NCBI GenBank assembly: GCA_002378195.1
Contig: DFRJ01000002.1
Span: 204,816 to 268,815 of the forward strand
DNA length: 64,000 nucleotides
Direction of reading: 5' to 3'
DNA from: Patescibacteria group bacterium UBA3466
GTDB lineage: Bacteria; Patescibacteriota; Minisyncoccia; Phycocordibacterales; UBA918
Shown here: positions 36,493-46,033 of the stretch, piece by piece
Layout of the letters: each line of letters begins with the position of its first letter
How positions within the stretch are numbered: position 1 is the first letter of the stretch
Made by a program: the position numbers and the translations under genes
The notes under the pieces: model-generated
Told to the model about the DNA's origin: nothing
Databases searched by the model: none
What the model saw: the letters and a program-made list of their open reading frames with translations, nothing else

Positions 36493-36504
36493 GCTTGAAT
36501 TCAA

Positions 36505-37050
36505 CTATTCAGCGCGGAAAGTACCAAATACTTGGTCGATCTGCACATCAGTTGCTAGGTTGAATCCACGGTCACCGTTTTCAGAGAAGATAACGATAGC
36601 GTAGTTTCGGCCTGGTGTAGTAGATCGCTGTAGAGTAATTTCAGCTGGAACTAGACCTTGTGATTCGCTAAATCGTACAACTCCCAGGATGAATCCGAGG
36701 TTGTCATTATCGTATTCGCGTACACCAATCCACCCTTCACTGATCGGGTAAGTAGCGCTTTCAAGAGCGATTGAAGCTGAGGCTGGTTGGTCGCTTACTA
36801 CCACTTCACCTTCTCCTACGGTTAGTTCTGGTGTCTCGACTGCTTCTTCAGCTGTTTCTTCGCCTTCTTCCTCGTCGCTTACTTCACCTTCTTCAGCTCC
36901 GTCTTCCATCTCAGTTGCTTCGTTCTCGACTTCGGCAACTGGGGCTGTTGCGGTTGGGCCTGAAAATGCCCAGACAAGCATTCCTCCTATAAGTAGTCCG
37001 ACGATAAAAGCGACTAAAGTCTTTTGTCCGTCTTGTGTTTCTTCTGCCAT
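36505..37050 (-). CDS. Hypothetical membrane-anchored protein with an acidic E-rich linker and a C-terminal beta-rich domain.
   Basis: An N-terminal TM helix. The EEGE repeats explain the Leu/Arg-rich antisense ORF 36771..36992. Confidence 0.5.
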   Translation of the reverse strand: MAEETQDGQKTLVAFIVGLLIGGMLVWAFSGPTATAPVAEVENEATEMEDGAEEGEVSDEEEGEETAEEAVETPELTVGEGEVVVSDQPASASIALESATYPISEGWIGVREYDNDNLGFILGVVRFSESQGLVPAEITLQRSTTPGRNYAIVIFSENGDRGFNLATDVQIDQVFGTFRAE

Positions 37051-37144
37051 ACAATAATGTTTATGATTGCTGAATTAAATAATACCGTGAGTATATCACA
37101 GCAAAAAATGGCTGAAACGTTGACAATTTAAGTAAAATGAATGC

Positions 37145-37978
37145 TTATTTCTGACCGCAGAGCAATCTGGCTTCCTGCATCAAGGCTTCATGTTTTCGTT
37201 TTGGTAAATGTAAATGTCTAAGAACAGCCTCGTGCTCAAGAATGTCACGACACAAGATAATATCGCGAGCAATCAAGGTTTCTGCTTGCGAAGCCGATAA
37301 ATTTTGTAGAACTGTAACCGGGTAGACTCCAGCTCGCTGAATTTGGTCGTGCAGGTTATTGTTTTTGGGATAATCCCAGCTTAGCATTTTGAGGCCCACG
37401 CAACGGCCATAATCTTGCGCAGTACTTGTAAATTTTGTGTTTGTAATTAACCAAAACTCGCCTATGCCGCACACATCGGCATTACAGATTTTTTTATTTT
37501 TGAGATCCAAAAGTCTTGCATATGAATACATGGCCACTTGTAGATCAGATTTTATTCCCGGTCGAGCGTGAAATTTAGCTTCTCCGATGAAGCTGTGCTC
37601 TTCGTTGTAGGCGGCCAGGTCTATTTCGTGCGGAGCGCAGTTACCCTGAAGGGTGACGCCAGTCTTAGTTGTGTAGCCTTCTGCCTCGTACAATTTTGCT
37701 AAAAACTTTTCGAAAGGAAATCCAGTTGGTCCGAGATTAAATAGGGCTCGTCTTAGTGAGTAGCGAGCAGCAGCTGGTGGTCGGCTGTTCCGCAATAGCG
37801 AAAAGGCGTGACGATATATCTCCTGCGTTTGAACTCCGTCATATAAGGTCTTGTTAACCTCGGCAACTATTTCGTTGATTTCGTGCGGATCTGCTCCGGC
37901 GCGGCGTAGTGATCGTCTGAGTTTTTCAACTTTAAAGAACTCGGCTGTGCCATCAGCCTTGGTGATAGTTACTGACAT
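37145..37978 (-). CDS. ATP-cone domain fused to an Mrr-type (PD-(D/E)xK) restriction-endonuclease catalytic domain.
   Basis: An N-terminal ATP-cone (VTITKADGTAEFFKVEKLRRSLRRAG...EIVAEVNKTL). Mrr_cat-like HEIDLAAY...FIGEAKFH...FWLITNTKFTSTAQDYG. Its ATG overlaps the mnmA stop (TAATG). Confidence 0.6.
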   Translation of the reverse strand: MSVTITKADGTAEFFKVEKLRRSLRRAGADPHEINEIVAEVNKTLYDGVQTQEIYRHAFSLLRNSRPPAAARYSLRRALFNLGPTGFPFEKFLAKLYEAEGYTTKTGVTLQGNCAPHEIDLAAYNEEHSFIGEAKFHARPGIKSDLQVAMYSYARLLDLKNKKICNADVCGIGEFWLITNTKFTSTAQDYGRCVGLKMLSWDYPKNNNLHDQIQRAGVYPVTVLQNLSASQAETLIARDIILCRDILEHEAVLRHLHLPKRKHEALMQEARLLCGQK

Positions 37979-39027
37979 TAACCAATTATACCACCTCCGA
38001 TACAGTGACTGCCTTTGTATAGTACACAGGATTGGCCGATTGCCGGCTTGTCTACTTCGTCTAGGGTATTGAGAGTTATCGCATCACTTGTCACATCAGT
38101 AATCTTGACCACGAACGGTTCTTGTCTGTAGCGAAACTGTGCTTCAAGGTTGGATCCCGACTGAACGTTTTTCCGTAATGACAGTGAGTGCAATCTTATC
38201 TGATTAGTTGAGTTGAGCTGTGGCTTGTGTGGCGATACTGTGATGGTGTTGTTGTGTAAATCACGATCAGTCACATACATGGCGCTCCGGTTATTGTCAT
38301 CAGTTTCGAGAGTAAAGCCGTGTCTTTGGCCTAGCGTGTAAACCAGTGCCCCTTTGTGACTACCTATAATCTTACCTTCATTATTCAAAACGCTGCCAGG
38401 CTCTAGGGTGGTGTAATGGGAAATGAACTCGGGGATATCTACATGGCCCAAGAAGCAGATGCCCTGACTATCTTTCTTGGTGGCCGTTGGTATGCCAGCT
38501 TGTTCTGCTTCTTGTCTGATTTTATCCTTTGCAGTATCTCCAACTGGGAGCAAGCTCATTCTTAGTTGCTCGTTTGATAGGGTCCATAGGAAATAAGTCT
38601 GGTCTTTATTCTGGTCTACCCCCCGATGCATTTCATTATTGATTTTTTGTGCGTAGTGTCCGGTGGCAATAAAGTCAGCATTATTGTCTTTTGCAAACTG
38701 CAAGAAGGCGCCAAACTTTACGTGCTGATTGCACATCACATCAGGGTTTGGGGTGCGCCCAGCCGTGTACTCGGCAATGAAGTAATCAGCGACATCAATC
38801 TTGTAGGCTTCCTCAGCGTCGCAAGTTAGGAAAGGTATATCAAGGTGAGCGGCCACTCGCATGGCATCAAGTCGCTCCTGCTCCCAATTGCAAACCATAA
38901 AATCAGGGTGCCAGACCTTGATAAATACCCCCACGACGTTATAGCCCTGTTTTTTGAGTCTAAGGGCAGCGACTGAAGAGTCTACGCCGCCTGATAGTCC
39001 TACAAATACTGTCTGGTTCTTTGTCAT
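37978..39027 (-). CDS. mnmA: tRNA 2-thiouridylase MnmA.
   Basis: PP-loop VGLSGGVDSSV, and GRTPNPDVMCN with the catalytic Cys. Confidence 0.9.
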   Translation of the reverse strand: MTKNQTVFVGLSGGVDSSVAALRLKKQGYNVVGVFIKVWHPDFMVCNWEQERLDAMRVAAHLDIPFLTCDAEEAYKIDVADYFIAEYTAGRTPNPDVMCNQHVKFGAFLQFAKDNNADFIATGHYAQKINNEMHRGVDQNKDQTYFLWTLSNEQLRMSLLPVGDTAKDKIRQEAEQAGIPTATKKDSQGICFLGHVDIPEFISHYTTLEPGSVLNNEGKIIGSHKGALVYTLGQRHGFTLETDDNNRSAMYVTDRDLHNNTITVSPHKPQLNSTNQIRLHSLSLRKNVQSGSNLEAQFRYRQEPFVVKITDVTSDAITLNTLDEVDKPAIGQSCVLYKGSHCIGGGIIG

Positions 39028-39042
39028 GGTGAAAACTTAGCA

Positions 39043-40044
39043 CTATCGTAGGTAGACATCAATATTCCGTAAGTGTTGTTGATAAGTTTCCGCATAGTGA
39101 AATTCACCGTCGTTGTCAGTTATGTAATAAAAGTAATCTGATTCAGCTGGTTGCAGTACGGCTGAAATTGCCTCTAGGCCTGGATTACCGATGGGGGTGG
39201 GCGGCAGTCCCGGATACAAGTAAGTATTGTATGGCGTATCAATTTCTAAGTCGGCGGGTGTCAATTCCGCCAGTGGCTTATCGAGAACGTATTCAATCGA
39301 GGCATCAGCTTGTAGAGCCATCCCTATTTCTAGTCGATTTTGGAGTGCGCTAGAGACATAGCGCATAGATTCTGGAGTGTCGGCTTCTCTCTCGATAATT
39401 GATGCCAGTATTAGTATCTCATCAAGGGTTAGGGTATGGTTTTTAATTGCCTCTTGGTAGGGTTTAAGTGTCTTATCAAACAGCTCTCGCATATGACGAT
39501 ACAAGTCTTCAGCCGTAAAATTCTCTGTTAAGAAATATGTTTCCGGATATAACTTGCCTTCGTCAGGTTCGGCAATTTCGACAAATTCGGCTGCGTCAAA
39601 GTTAGGGAGTACCTCCGCTGCTCTTTTCGCTATCTGAGTCACTCTTTCACCCTCAAAATGCGTGAAGCGGATAAGGTTGTTACCAAAATCTCCCTCAACG
39701 AGTCGTTCTGCTACTTCGATTGTATTAAGTTTGGCCTCAAACACGTAAGTGCTGGCCTTTATATCGGTGGGTTCGTACAGCAGCACTAGGGTGAGATAGA
39801 GCAGGTCAGCCGATCCGACCACCTGCTGCACTTCGAGACTGTTGGTGATAGTTCTGACATCCGCGCCACTTTCTATTGTGATTGGTTCGTCTACAGGAAA
39901 ATCCGCTGGTGCAACCCCAAGCCTTAAGATCTGGTAAGTGATAAAAATGCCGCCCAGAACAACGAAAGCAAACATAATAGCCGCTAGTTTTATCAGCTTT
40001 CTAAGTAGTGAAATTTTTTCAACGGGTATTTCTTGCTCGGGCAT
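39043..40044 (-). CDS. mltG: Endolytic murein transglycosylase MltG (YceG family).
   Basis: An N-terminal TM helix. YNTYLYPGLPPTPIGNPGLEAI is a YceG signature. Confidence 0.85.
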   Translation of the reverse strand: MPEQEIPVEKISLLRKLIKLAAIMFAFVVLGGIFITYQILRLGVAPADFPVDEPITIESGADVRTITNSLEVQQVVGSADLLYLTLVLLYEPTDIKASTYVFEAKLNTIEVAERLVEGDFGNNLIRFTHFEGERVTQIAKRAAEVLPNFDAAEFVEIAEPDEGKLYPETYFLTENFTAEDLYRHMRELFDKTLKPYQEAIKNHTLTLDEILILASIIEREADTPESMRYVSSALQNRLEIGMALQADASIEYVLDKPLAELTPADLEIDTPYNTYLYPGLPPTPIGNPGLEAISAVLQPAESDYFYYITDNDGEFHYAETYQQHLRNIDVYLR

Positions 40045-40045
40045 G

Positions 40046-41422
40046 CTAATTCATTTCTCCAGTCGGTAGGTTCGATGGCGCTTCCTTTCTGGTATTTTCT
40101 ACTCGACCTAAGCCTGGAGTAAGAATACTTGAACCAGGGATGTGGTATATGGTGGCTAGTTCTTCTACCGAAAATATTTTCTCCTCATCAGCTCTTGATA
40201 TTTTTTCCGCGGCTAGGTAATAGCGTGCTTTATACATTTCGAGTTCTTCTTTTTTCATGGCGGTTAGTCGATTGCCAGAAATGTCAGAAAAGAACTTATA
40301 GTTAAAGTCGGTTCGCCAACGAACTCCGATAGCGTTGCGACCAACAATGTCATACTGCCCAAAAGTACGCAACATCGGCGCGATCATATTAGGGTCAAAC
40401 TTGCCTGTTTCCACAATGTAAATAGCTCTAATCGCGGTGTAAAAAGCGTATTTTCCGTAATTTCTTTCGATGGCGGCGATGGTGTCACGTTCGCCAGCAG
40501 TAAGAAGTGGTCGATTGTCACTGTCTTCAATAGCACCAATATTCTGATCTCGTTTCATTAATTTGTCTACTTCTGCCATAGCGGCCTCGCTCCAGTCTTT
40601 CACTGGACTAGCAAATGGCCATAGCTTGCCTTCCTTAAAGCCCATAGCTGTGTGTGGTGTCATGAGAATCTGAATCCACACCCTCTCATGTGGCTTCGCC
40701 TTACCAAGATACTCAATCATGGCTGACATTGGATCATATTTCTCCTCCTCCTTAGGCATCTTGTCTAGGCCAAAATCAACGTAAGTCTTAATTGGGTAGA
40801 CCTCATCCTTTTTCTTGCCCATGTGGAAGGAGATCATTTCCCATTTATCTGGATCCCACACCACCTCCCCGGTGTAGTCCACCTCTTCTTCCACGACTTC
40901 TATACCAGGATACTGAGCGTACAGTTGCGTTTCCAGGGCATCCTTTACTTTACTGCGCGGTACATTGGCATAAAATCTTACATCACCCCCAATTGACACT
41001 AACTCGAGACTATTAACCAGCGGATGTTTTCCATCTAAATAGGTTTGCATCACGTTATCGCGGCTGTTTACCTGATGCATCTGCGTCAGTACACTTTCCA
41101 TGGCTTCAGGTGATTTAAATACTTCCTGTGGCAGCTTAATGCGCAGAGTCACTCTGCCCATGCGGTAGCGGTACTTTTCTTCGACTGACCACATCCACTG
41201 CTCAAAAGCGATGTACGCAAGCGCCATCGGTAGCCAGATTGGTGAGGTGGCGATGATAAAGGTCAGGATGGGACGAAGATCCACGTCCAGCACTGACATC
41301 ATTTTAAATAGTACAAAAAAGCACAATAACAAAAGCGCTGGTGCAGCAATGGCACCAATGTATGACTTAAGTGTTCGTGTCATGTTGGTATTGTACACCA
41401 CAAACAAAGAGCGTCTGGACAT
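40046..41422 (-). CDS. Hypothetical 2-TM membrane protein (458 aa) with a large soluble domain.
   Basis: There are no recognisable motifs. It lies directly downstream (2-nt... 24-nt gap) of the sigma-r4/HARE-HTH gene. Confidence 0.5.
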   Translation of the reverse strand: MSRRSLFVVYNTNMTRTLKSYIGAIAAPALLLLCFFVLFKMMSVLDVDLRPILTFIIATSPIWLPMALAYIAFEQWMWSVEEKYRYRMGRVTLRIKLPQEVFKSPEAMESVLTQMHQVNSRDNVMQTYLDGKHPLVNSLELVSIGGDVRFYANVPRSKVKDALETQLYAQYPGIEVVEEEVDYTGEVVWDPDKWEMISFHMGKKKDEVYPIKTYVDFGLDKMPKEEEKYDPMSAMIEYLGKAKPHERVWIQILMTPHTAMGFKEGKLWPFASPVKDWSEAAMAEVDKLMKRDQNIGAIEDSDNRPLLTAGERDTIAAIERNYGKYAFYTAIRAIYIVETGKFDPNMIAPMLRTFGQYDIVGRNAIGVRWRTDFNYKFFSDISGNRLTAMKKEELEMYKARYYLAAEKISRADEEKIFSVEELATIYHIPGSSILTPGLGRVENTRKEAPSNLPTGEMN

Positions 41423-41446
41423 TTGTCCAGACGCTCTTTGTTTGTT

Positions 41447-42472
41447 TTAGTCAGCTATAGCAAATGTTCCATTTGATAGCTTCTTGAAGAGATTGGTGTC
41501 CTGGAGGTTTACTAAGATGGTGTTGTCTTTGACGTAACGTTCCTTTCTTACCTTATCGATGATTTCTTCTCGTGAGAGAGGACCTTCGGTTTGGAGAATT
41601 TCTCGTAAAACATCTTTTACCACACCAGCTGTGTAACCCCATTCAGTTAGAGCGTACAATCCTCGGCCTACTAGTACGAATCGTTCGTCCTTGATCAGCT
41701 CGTTGTGAGTGGTGGCAACGTGGGCCTTGTGACCGAATAGCTCATTGATAGTTTCTGCTACTTCTCGGAAGTGCATTGGTGATCCGTGGCGCTTAACTGC
41801 TAGGTAAGCGTAGTCACGAATGCCCTTTACTCGGATGTTTGGGCTGTCAGCTGGGCCCCAGTCTCCTAGCGGATTTCGTCCAATTTCTTTTGAGATTGAA
41901 AGCCATCGCTTGAGTACTTCTTCGTTGTGAGCTTCTGCCATATCTGACAGCTCAGTTTTGAATCGGCTGATGATTTCACTCTCGCTGACTAGTTCGTCGC
42001 GACTTAGTCCTTTTCGTACATTTTTTAGCGCTTTTTCAACATTGTCTGCGACTCGTCGTTCAGTAAACCAACGGTGAGCATACTGCGGGTTCTCCTTGCT
42101 CTTGTAGAAAGGATCGCCGACCACTAGTAAGAAATATAGGTGGTTTCGGGTTGTTTCGTCTGTAGTAAGCTCGTCAAGTAGAACGTGCTCAGCGATGATA
42201 CCGCCGCCCAATTCATCAATAAGCTTTTGCAGCTCAATGAATAGCTCATAGTGCTTCTTGTAGACTTCAGACTTTTGGATAGATTGAATACCGTAGTTCT
42301 CAATTTGTCTTACACGCTCACGCGTAATTCCGTATGATTGCCCAATCGCTTCAAGTGTGAAAGATTCACCTTTAGCGTTTAGTCCGTAACGCTTTTCTAG
42401 TACGTCACGAGCTCGCTCTGGAAGTACATCTAACAGAGTCTTACTGATTTGTTTAGGTTTAAATGAAATCAT
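41447..42472 (-). CDS. DNA-binding protein with an N-terminal sigma-70 region-4-like HTH and a C-terminal HARE-HTH-like (RpoE-delta-like) winged helix.
   Basis: LPERARDVLEKRYGLNAKGESFTLEAIGQSYGITRERVRQIE (sigma r4 pattern). The C-terminus MHFREVAETINELF...ERFVLVGRGLYALTEWGY has the HARE-HTH pattern. Confidence 0.55.
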   Translation of the reverse strand: MISFKPKQISKTLLDVLPERARDVLEKRYGLNAKGESFTLEAIGQSYGITRERVRQIENYGIQSIQKSEVYKKHYELFIELQKLIDELGGGIIAEHVLLDELTTDETTRNHLYFLLVVGDPFYKSKENPQYAHRWFTERRVADNVEKALKNVRKGLSRDELVSESEIISRFKTELSDMAEAHNEEVLKRWLSISKEIGRNPLGDWGPADSPNIRVKGIRDYAYLAVKRHGSPMHFREVAETINELFGHKAHVATTHNELIKDERFVLVGRGLYALTEWGYTAGVVKDVLREILQTEGPLSREEIIDKVRKERYVKDNTILVNLQDTNLFKKLSNGTFAIAD

Positions 42473-42518
42473 ATTTTGTTAATTTTGTAGTTTTTTCTTG
42501 CTCAATCTCCAATGCGTG

Positions 42519-42553
42519 GCCAAATTTATAACATGTTGGGCAAATTTGGTCAA
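42519..42553 (-). promoter_or_regulatory. Near-consensus promoter with an overlapping inverted repeat (candidate autoregulatory operator).
   Basis: Minus strand TTGACC-17-TATAAA (-35 = rc 42548-42553, -10 = rc 42525-42530). CCAAATTT...AAATTTGG 8-bp inverted repeat arms overlap both boxes, and the ACATGT palindrome lies in the spacer. Confidence 0.6.
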
Positions 42554-42577
42554 TACTTTTATTACCACCCGGTTTTT

Positions 42578-44959
42578 CTACTCTTTTACTATTAAATTCA
42601 ATATTCTGCCAGGCACATATATCACTTTCATAATTTCTTTCTGATGCAAACGAGCCATTAAAACATCGACTTTCTTTACCAATTCCAGAGCTTCACCCTC
42701 GCTCGCTGTCGGAGAAAGAGTGATCTCACCACGCATTTTACCGTTAATTTGCACGCCAATTGTAACTTCTTTGTCTCTGGCCAGACTTTCGTCGTATTCT
42801 GGGTACGGGCTGGAATGTATACTACCTTCAAGGTCGTATACAGACCAAATTTCTTCTGTTAAATGAGGTGCGAATGGTGCCAGTAATTTTACTAAAGTGA
42901 GGTAGCTTTCCTTGGTCAGATTCTCCTTCTCAGCTTTGTTTACGTAGACCATCATGGCGCTAATCGCAGTATTGAATTTAAATTCAGCGATATCGTAGCG
43001 TACTTTTTTGATTGTCTTGTGGAGCAAAGATGTCATCTCCTCGCTTTCTTCTTGCGCTATATGCTCTCCTAGTCCATACACTCGCTCCAGGAAGCGCCTG
43101 AGACCCACCACACCATTTGGATCCCAGGGGTAGCTATTGTCTTCATAAGGCCCCATAAAAGCTAAGTAAAGCTTTACTGTGTCGGCCCCAACACTCTTCA
43201 CTTGTTCGTCAGGATCGACCACATTACCCTTACTTTTACTCATCTTGTTACCATCCGGGCCCAGAATCATGCCGTGGTTCGCTCGCTTCAAGTATGGTTC
43301 ATTGTGCGTCACAAGCCCAAGCCTATGAAGCGCCTTTTGCCAGAAGCGAGAATACAAAAGGTGCATGGTAGTGTGCTCAGCCCCACCAAAATACATGTCT
43401 ACCTGCATCCAGCTTTTTTGAGCCTCCGGACTAACCAAGTTGTCTTTATTTTGATTATCTAGATAACGCAGGAAATACCACGAAGAATCTACGAAGGTAT
43501 CCATTGTCTCCACTTCTGGCGTCCAGCCTTCGCCAAATATTTCTTCGGTTCGGGCTTTCAGCTCAGCAGATTTAGCGAGCGGCGCTTCACCGGTTGGCTT
43601 GAAATCTACATCTTCTGGCAGGGTCCATGGCAGGTGTTCCTCTGGTACTGGATGTGCCTTTCCTTCCGGGTCATAGACAATTGGGATTGGTACTCCCCAG
43701 TAACGTTGTCTACCAATTGACCAGTCACGAAGGCGGTATGTGTTAGTCATTCGCCCACCAACTTCTTTCACAATATTCTCTTTTGCCTCTTCTGACGAAA
43801 GTCCGTCAAATTTTCCTGAGCTGATTAATGTGCCCATTCCAGCGTAAGGAAGTTCCTCGCCACCCGCCACTACCTGCTTTACTTCAATTCCAAACTTCTG
43901 CGCAAAGGCGAAGTCTCGCTCATCATGAGCTGGTACTGCCATAATCGCACCGGTTCCATAGCCTGCTAGTACGTAGTCTGCAATATACACTGGGATTTCT
44001 TCTCCGCTTGCTGGGTTGGTTGCGGAAACACCTTCAAGTTTCACCCCGGTTTTTTCCTTGGTGTTGTCCTGTCGGTCTCGCTCGTCCTTCTGTCTGCTAG
44101 CCTCAATATACGCCTCTACCTCCGACCAGTTTGCAATATCATCTTTATATTTTTGCACCAACTCGTGCTCAGGCGCGAGTACCATGTATGTCGCCCCAAA
44201 TAGTGTGTCGGGACGCGTCGTGAAAACTGTTACCTTCTGGCCGAAAGACAGCTCAAAATCAATCTCGGCTCCTTCGCTACGGCCGATCCAATTGCGCTGG
44301 GCATCCTTAATGTGTTCTGGCCAGTTGAGATCTTCAAGATCATCGATCAAATCGTCTGCGAAGTCAGTGATTTTTAGCATCCACTGTGGCATTTTCTTTT
44401 TCTCTACTATTGCGCCTGAACGTTCTGAAGTACCATCTGGAAGTACCTGTTCGTTTGCAATAACAGTATTATCAATTGGATCCCAGTTAACGATTGCTTC
44501 ACCACGGTACGCTAAGTCGTTTTTGAAAAACTCAGTGAACATCCATTGTGTCCATTTGTAGTATTCAGGATCGGTTGAGGAAGTGGTTTTATCCCATGAA
44601 AAAGCATTGCCCATGCTGTCTAATTGGGAGCGCATGTACTCGATGTTCTTTTCCGTCCATTCTCTTGGGTTGAGGTTGTGCTTAATGGCTGCGTTTTCTG
44701 CTGGTAGTCCAAAAGCATCAAAACCCATTGGATACAGCACCTGATTACCTAGCATTCGTTTATAGCGCACATAGATATCTGGCACAGCGAAGGCGTACCA
44801 GTGTCCAATATGCAGGTTCCCAGATGGATAGGGCCACTCTACGAGCACGTATTCCTTTTCCTTATTGTCGTCGCGCTCACCAGCGTCATAGAGACCGTTC
44901 TCCTTCCATTTCTCTTGCCACTTACTTTCAATTGCCTGGTGATCAAAACGTTTATGCAT
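42578..44959 (-). CDS. leuS: Leucyl-tRNA synthetase.
   Basis: PYPSGNLHIGHWY (HIGH), KMSKSKGN, and a CP1 editing domain. Confidence 0.95.
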   Translation of the reverse strand: MHKRFDHQAIESKWQEKWKENGLYDAGERDDNKEKEYVLVEWPYPSGNLHIGHWYAFAVPDIYVRYKRMLGNQVLYPMGFDAFGLPAENAAIKHNLNPREWTEKNIEYMRSQLDSMGNAFSWDKTTSSTDPEYYKWTQWMFTEFFKNDLAYRGEAIVNWDPIDNTVIANEQVLPDGTSERSGAIVEKKKMPQWMLKITDFADDLIDDLEDLNWPEHIKDAQRNWIGRSEGAEIDFELSFGQKVTVFTTRPDTLFGATYMVLAPEHELVQKYKDDIANWSEVEAYIEASRQKDERDRQDNTKEKTGVKLEGVSATNPASGEEIPVYIADYVLAGYGTGAIMAVPAHDERDFAFAQKFGIEVKQVVAGGEELPYAGMGTLISSGKFDGLSSEEAKENIVKEVGGRMTNTYRLRDWSIGRQRYWGVPIPIVYDPEGKAHPVPEEHLPWTLPEDVDFKPTGEAPLAKSAELKARTEEIFGEGWTPEVETMDTFVDSSWYFLRYLDNQNKDNLVSPEAQKSWMQVDMYFGGAEHTTMHLLYSRFWQKALHRLGLVTHNEPYLKRANHGMILGPDGNKMSKSKGNVVDPDEQVKSVGADTVKLYLAFMGPYEDNSYPWDPNGVVGLRRFLERVYGLGEHIAQEESEEMTSLLHKTIKKVRYDIAEFKFNTAISAMMVYVNKAEKENLTKESYLTLVKLLAPFAPHLTEEIWSVYDLEGSIHSSPYPEYDESLARDKEVTIGVQINGKMRGEITLSPTASEGEALELVKKVDVLMARLHQKEIMKVIYVPGRILNLIVKE

Positions 44960-45016
44960 AACAAATTAAATACTTTATGAAGTTTCCATTCTGCCATCGA
45001 TTATTGGATATGTAAA

Positions 45017-45046
45017 ATAAAAACCGCCTCAAGGGCGGTTTTTATT
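45017..45046. terminator. Bidirectional intrinsic terminator.
   Basis: AAAA-ACCGCC-tcaag-GGCGGT-TTTTA. Confidence 0.6.
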
Positions 45047-45967
45047 TTATTCGATGGTCAACTTTGCTTCTACCGCTCTCTCAAAGCACCAGTAACCTGA
45101 CGGATGATCCCAGTTGTAATTCTTTTCGTAGGCAGTATAGGGATATCGGCTGGCAGCGTTTTGCAAACTCTCTTCAACGAAGGTGGCACAAAGAGCATAG
45201 CTGGTTTCATCACCAACTAAGTACTCATAGTCCGCTCTTCCTTCAGGCGCTGCAGGGATTGGTAGACCGCCGTATAATTCGTTAAGTGTACTCGGCAGTG
45301 CGTTATTAACCCGGTAGTAATCTTCAATGTAGAATTGAATGTCTTGCAAGTCGCTTATCTGTTGATCGTCAAGCTTACGTTCTCTTACCTCAGATGGCTT
45401 TTCAGTGTAAATGAAACCAATAACTAATGAGGCAGCCACGACTAGACTGGCAATCATCCCAAAAACCGTAGATTTTTTCTCATTCTCCACCCAATAGCCT
45501 TTAGCATCTTTTAAATAATAAACAAAGGCGCAGCCAATAATAACGAGTACGACCAGGGTTTTAAGGATAAATCTGGTGGTTATTTCACCTTCTAGAAAGG
45601 TAATAATTACTGCTACCAAATCACCCAATAGTACTGCTCCACCCACTAGCAGTGATAGATAAATAAGCCACTTGGTAAGCGACAGATATTGTCCCCCCGT
45701 CTCTTGGCGTCGATTATTATTGACCAAACGAGTCAAAGTCAGATAAGTGGGAAAAAAGACGATCACCATAGCAAAAGCCACTCTAATGCCTGAGCTAGCA
45801 CGTTCTATATCCCAAGGACCATCAGTTGCATCCGGAAAAGCGAGATTGATCACGCCAAATAGGAGTACTAATAAAAAACTTAATGATAAGTATAGGCTGG
45901 CTAATGAGCCTAGCTGTAAAGCAAAATGCTTAGCGGTGTTATTTTCCATAATGTTAGTATCTAACAA
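45047..45967 (-). CDS. Hypothetical polytopic membrane protein (TTG start in the track).
   Basis: About 6 TM helices, then a soluble C-terminal domain containing Cys residues. No recognisable motifs. Confidence 0.5.
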   Translation of the reverse strand: MLDTNIMENNTAKHFALQLGSLASLYLSLSFLLVLLFGVINLAFPDATDGPWDIERASSGIRVAFAMVIVFFPTYLTLTRLVNNNRRQETGGQYLSLTKWLIYLSLLVGGAVLLGDLVAVIITFLEGEITTRFILKTLVVLVIIGCAFVYYLKDAKGYWVENEKKSTVFGMIASLVVAASLVIGFIYTEKPSEVRERKLDDQQISDLQDIQFYIEDYYRVNNALPSTLNELYGGLPIPAAPEGRADYEYLVGDETSYALCATFVEESLQNAASRYPYTAYEKNYNWDHPSGYWCFERAVEAKLTIE

Positions 45968-46033
45968 ATGCGCACAATGTAAAGTTATGAGTATCTAGTA
46001 CTATTCTTGTTATCTGAGCTATAATGGCTATCT

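Noticed and set aside
36771-36992. A Leu/Arg-rich 73-aa plus ORF (LLRLVLVSRLLLQLFLRLL...).
   Set aside because: It is an artefact of reading the GAA/GAG-rich acidic linker of the minus-strand gene 36505..37050 in antisense.
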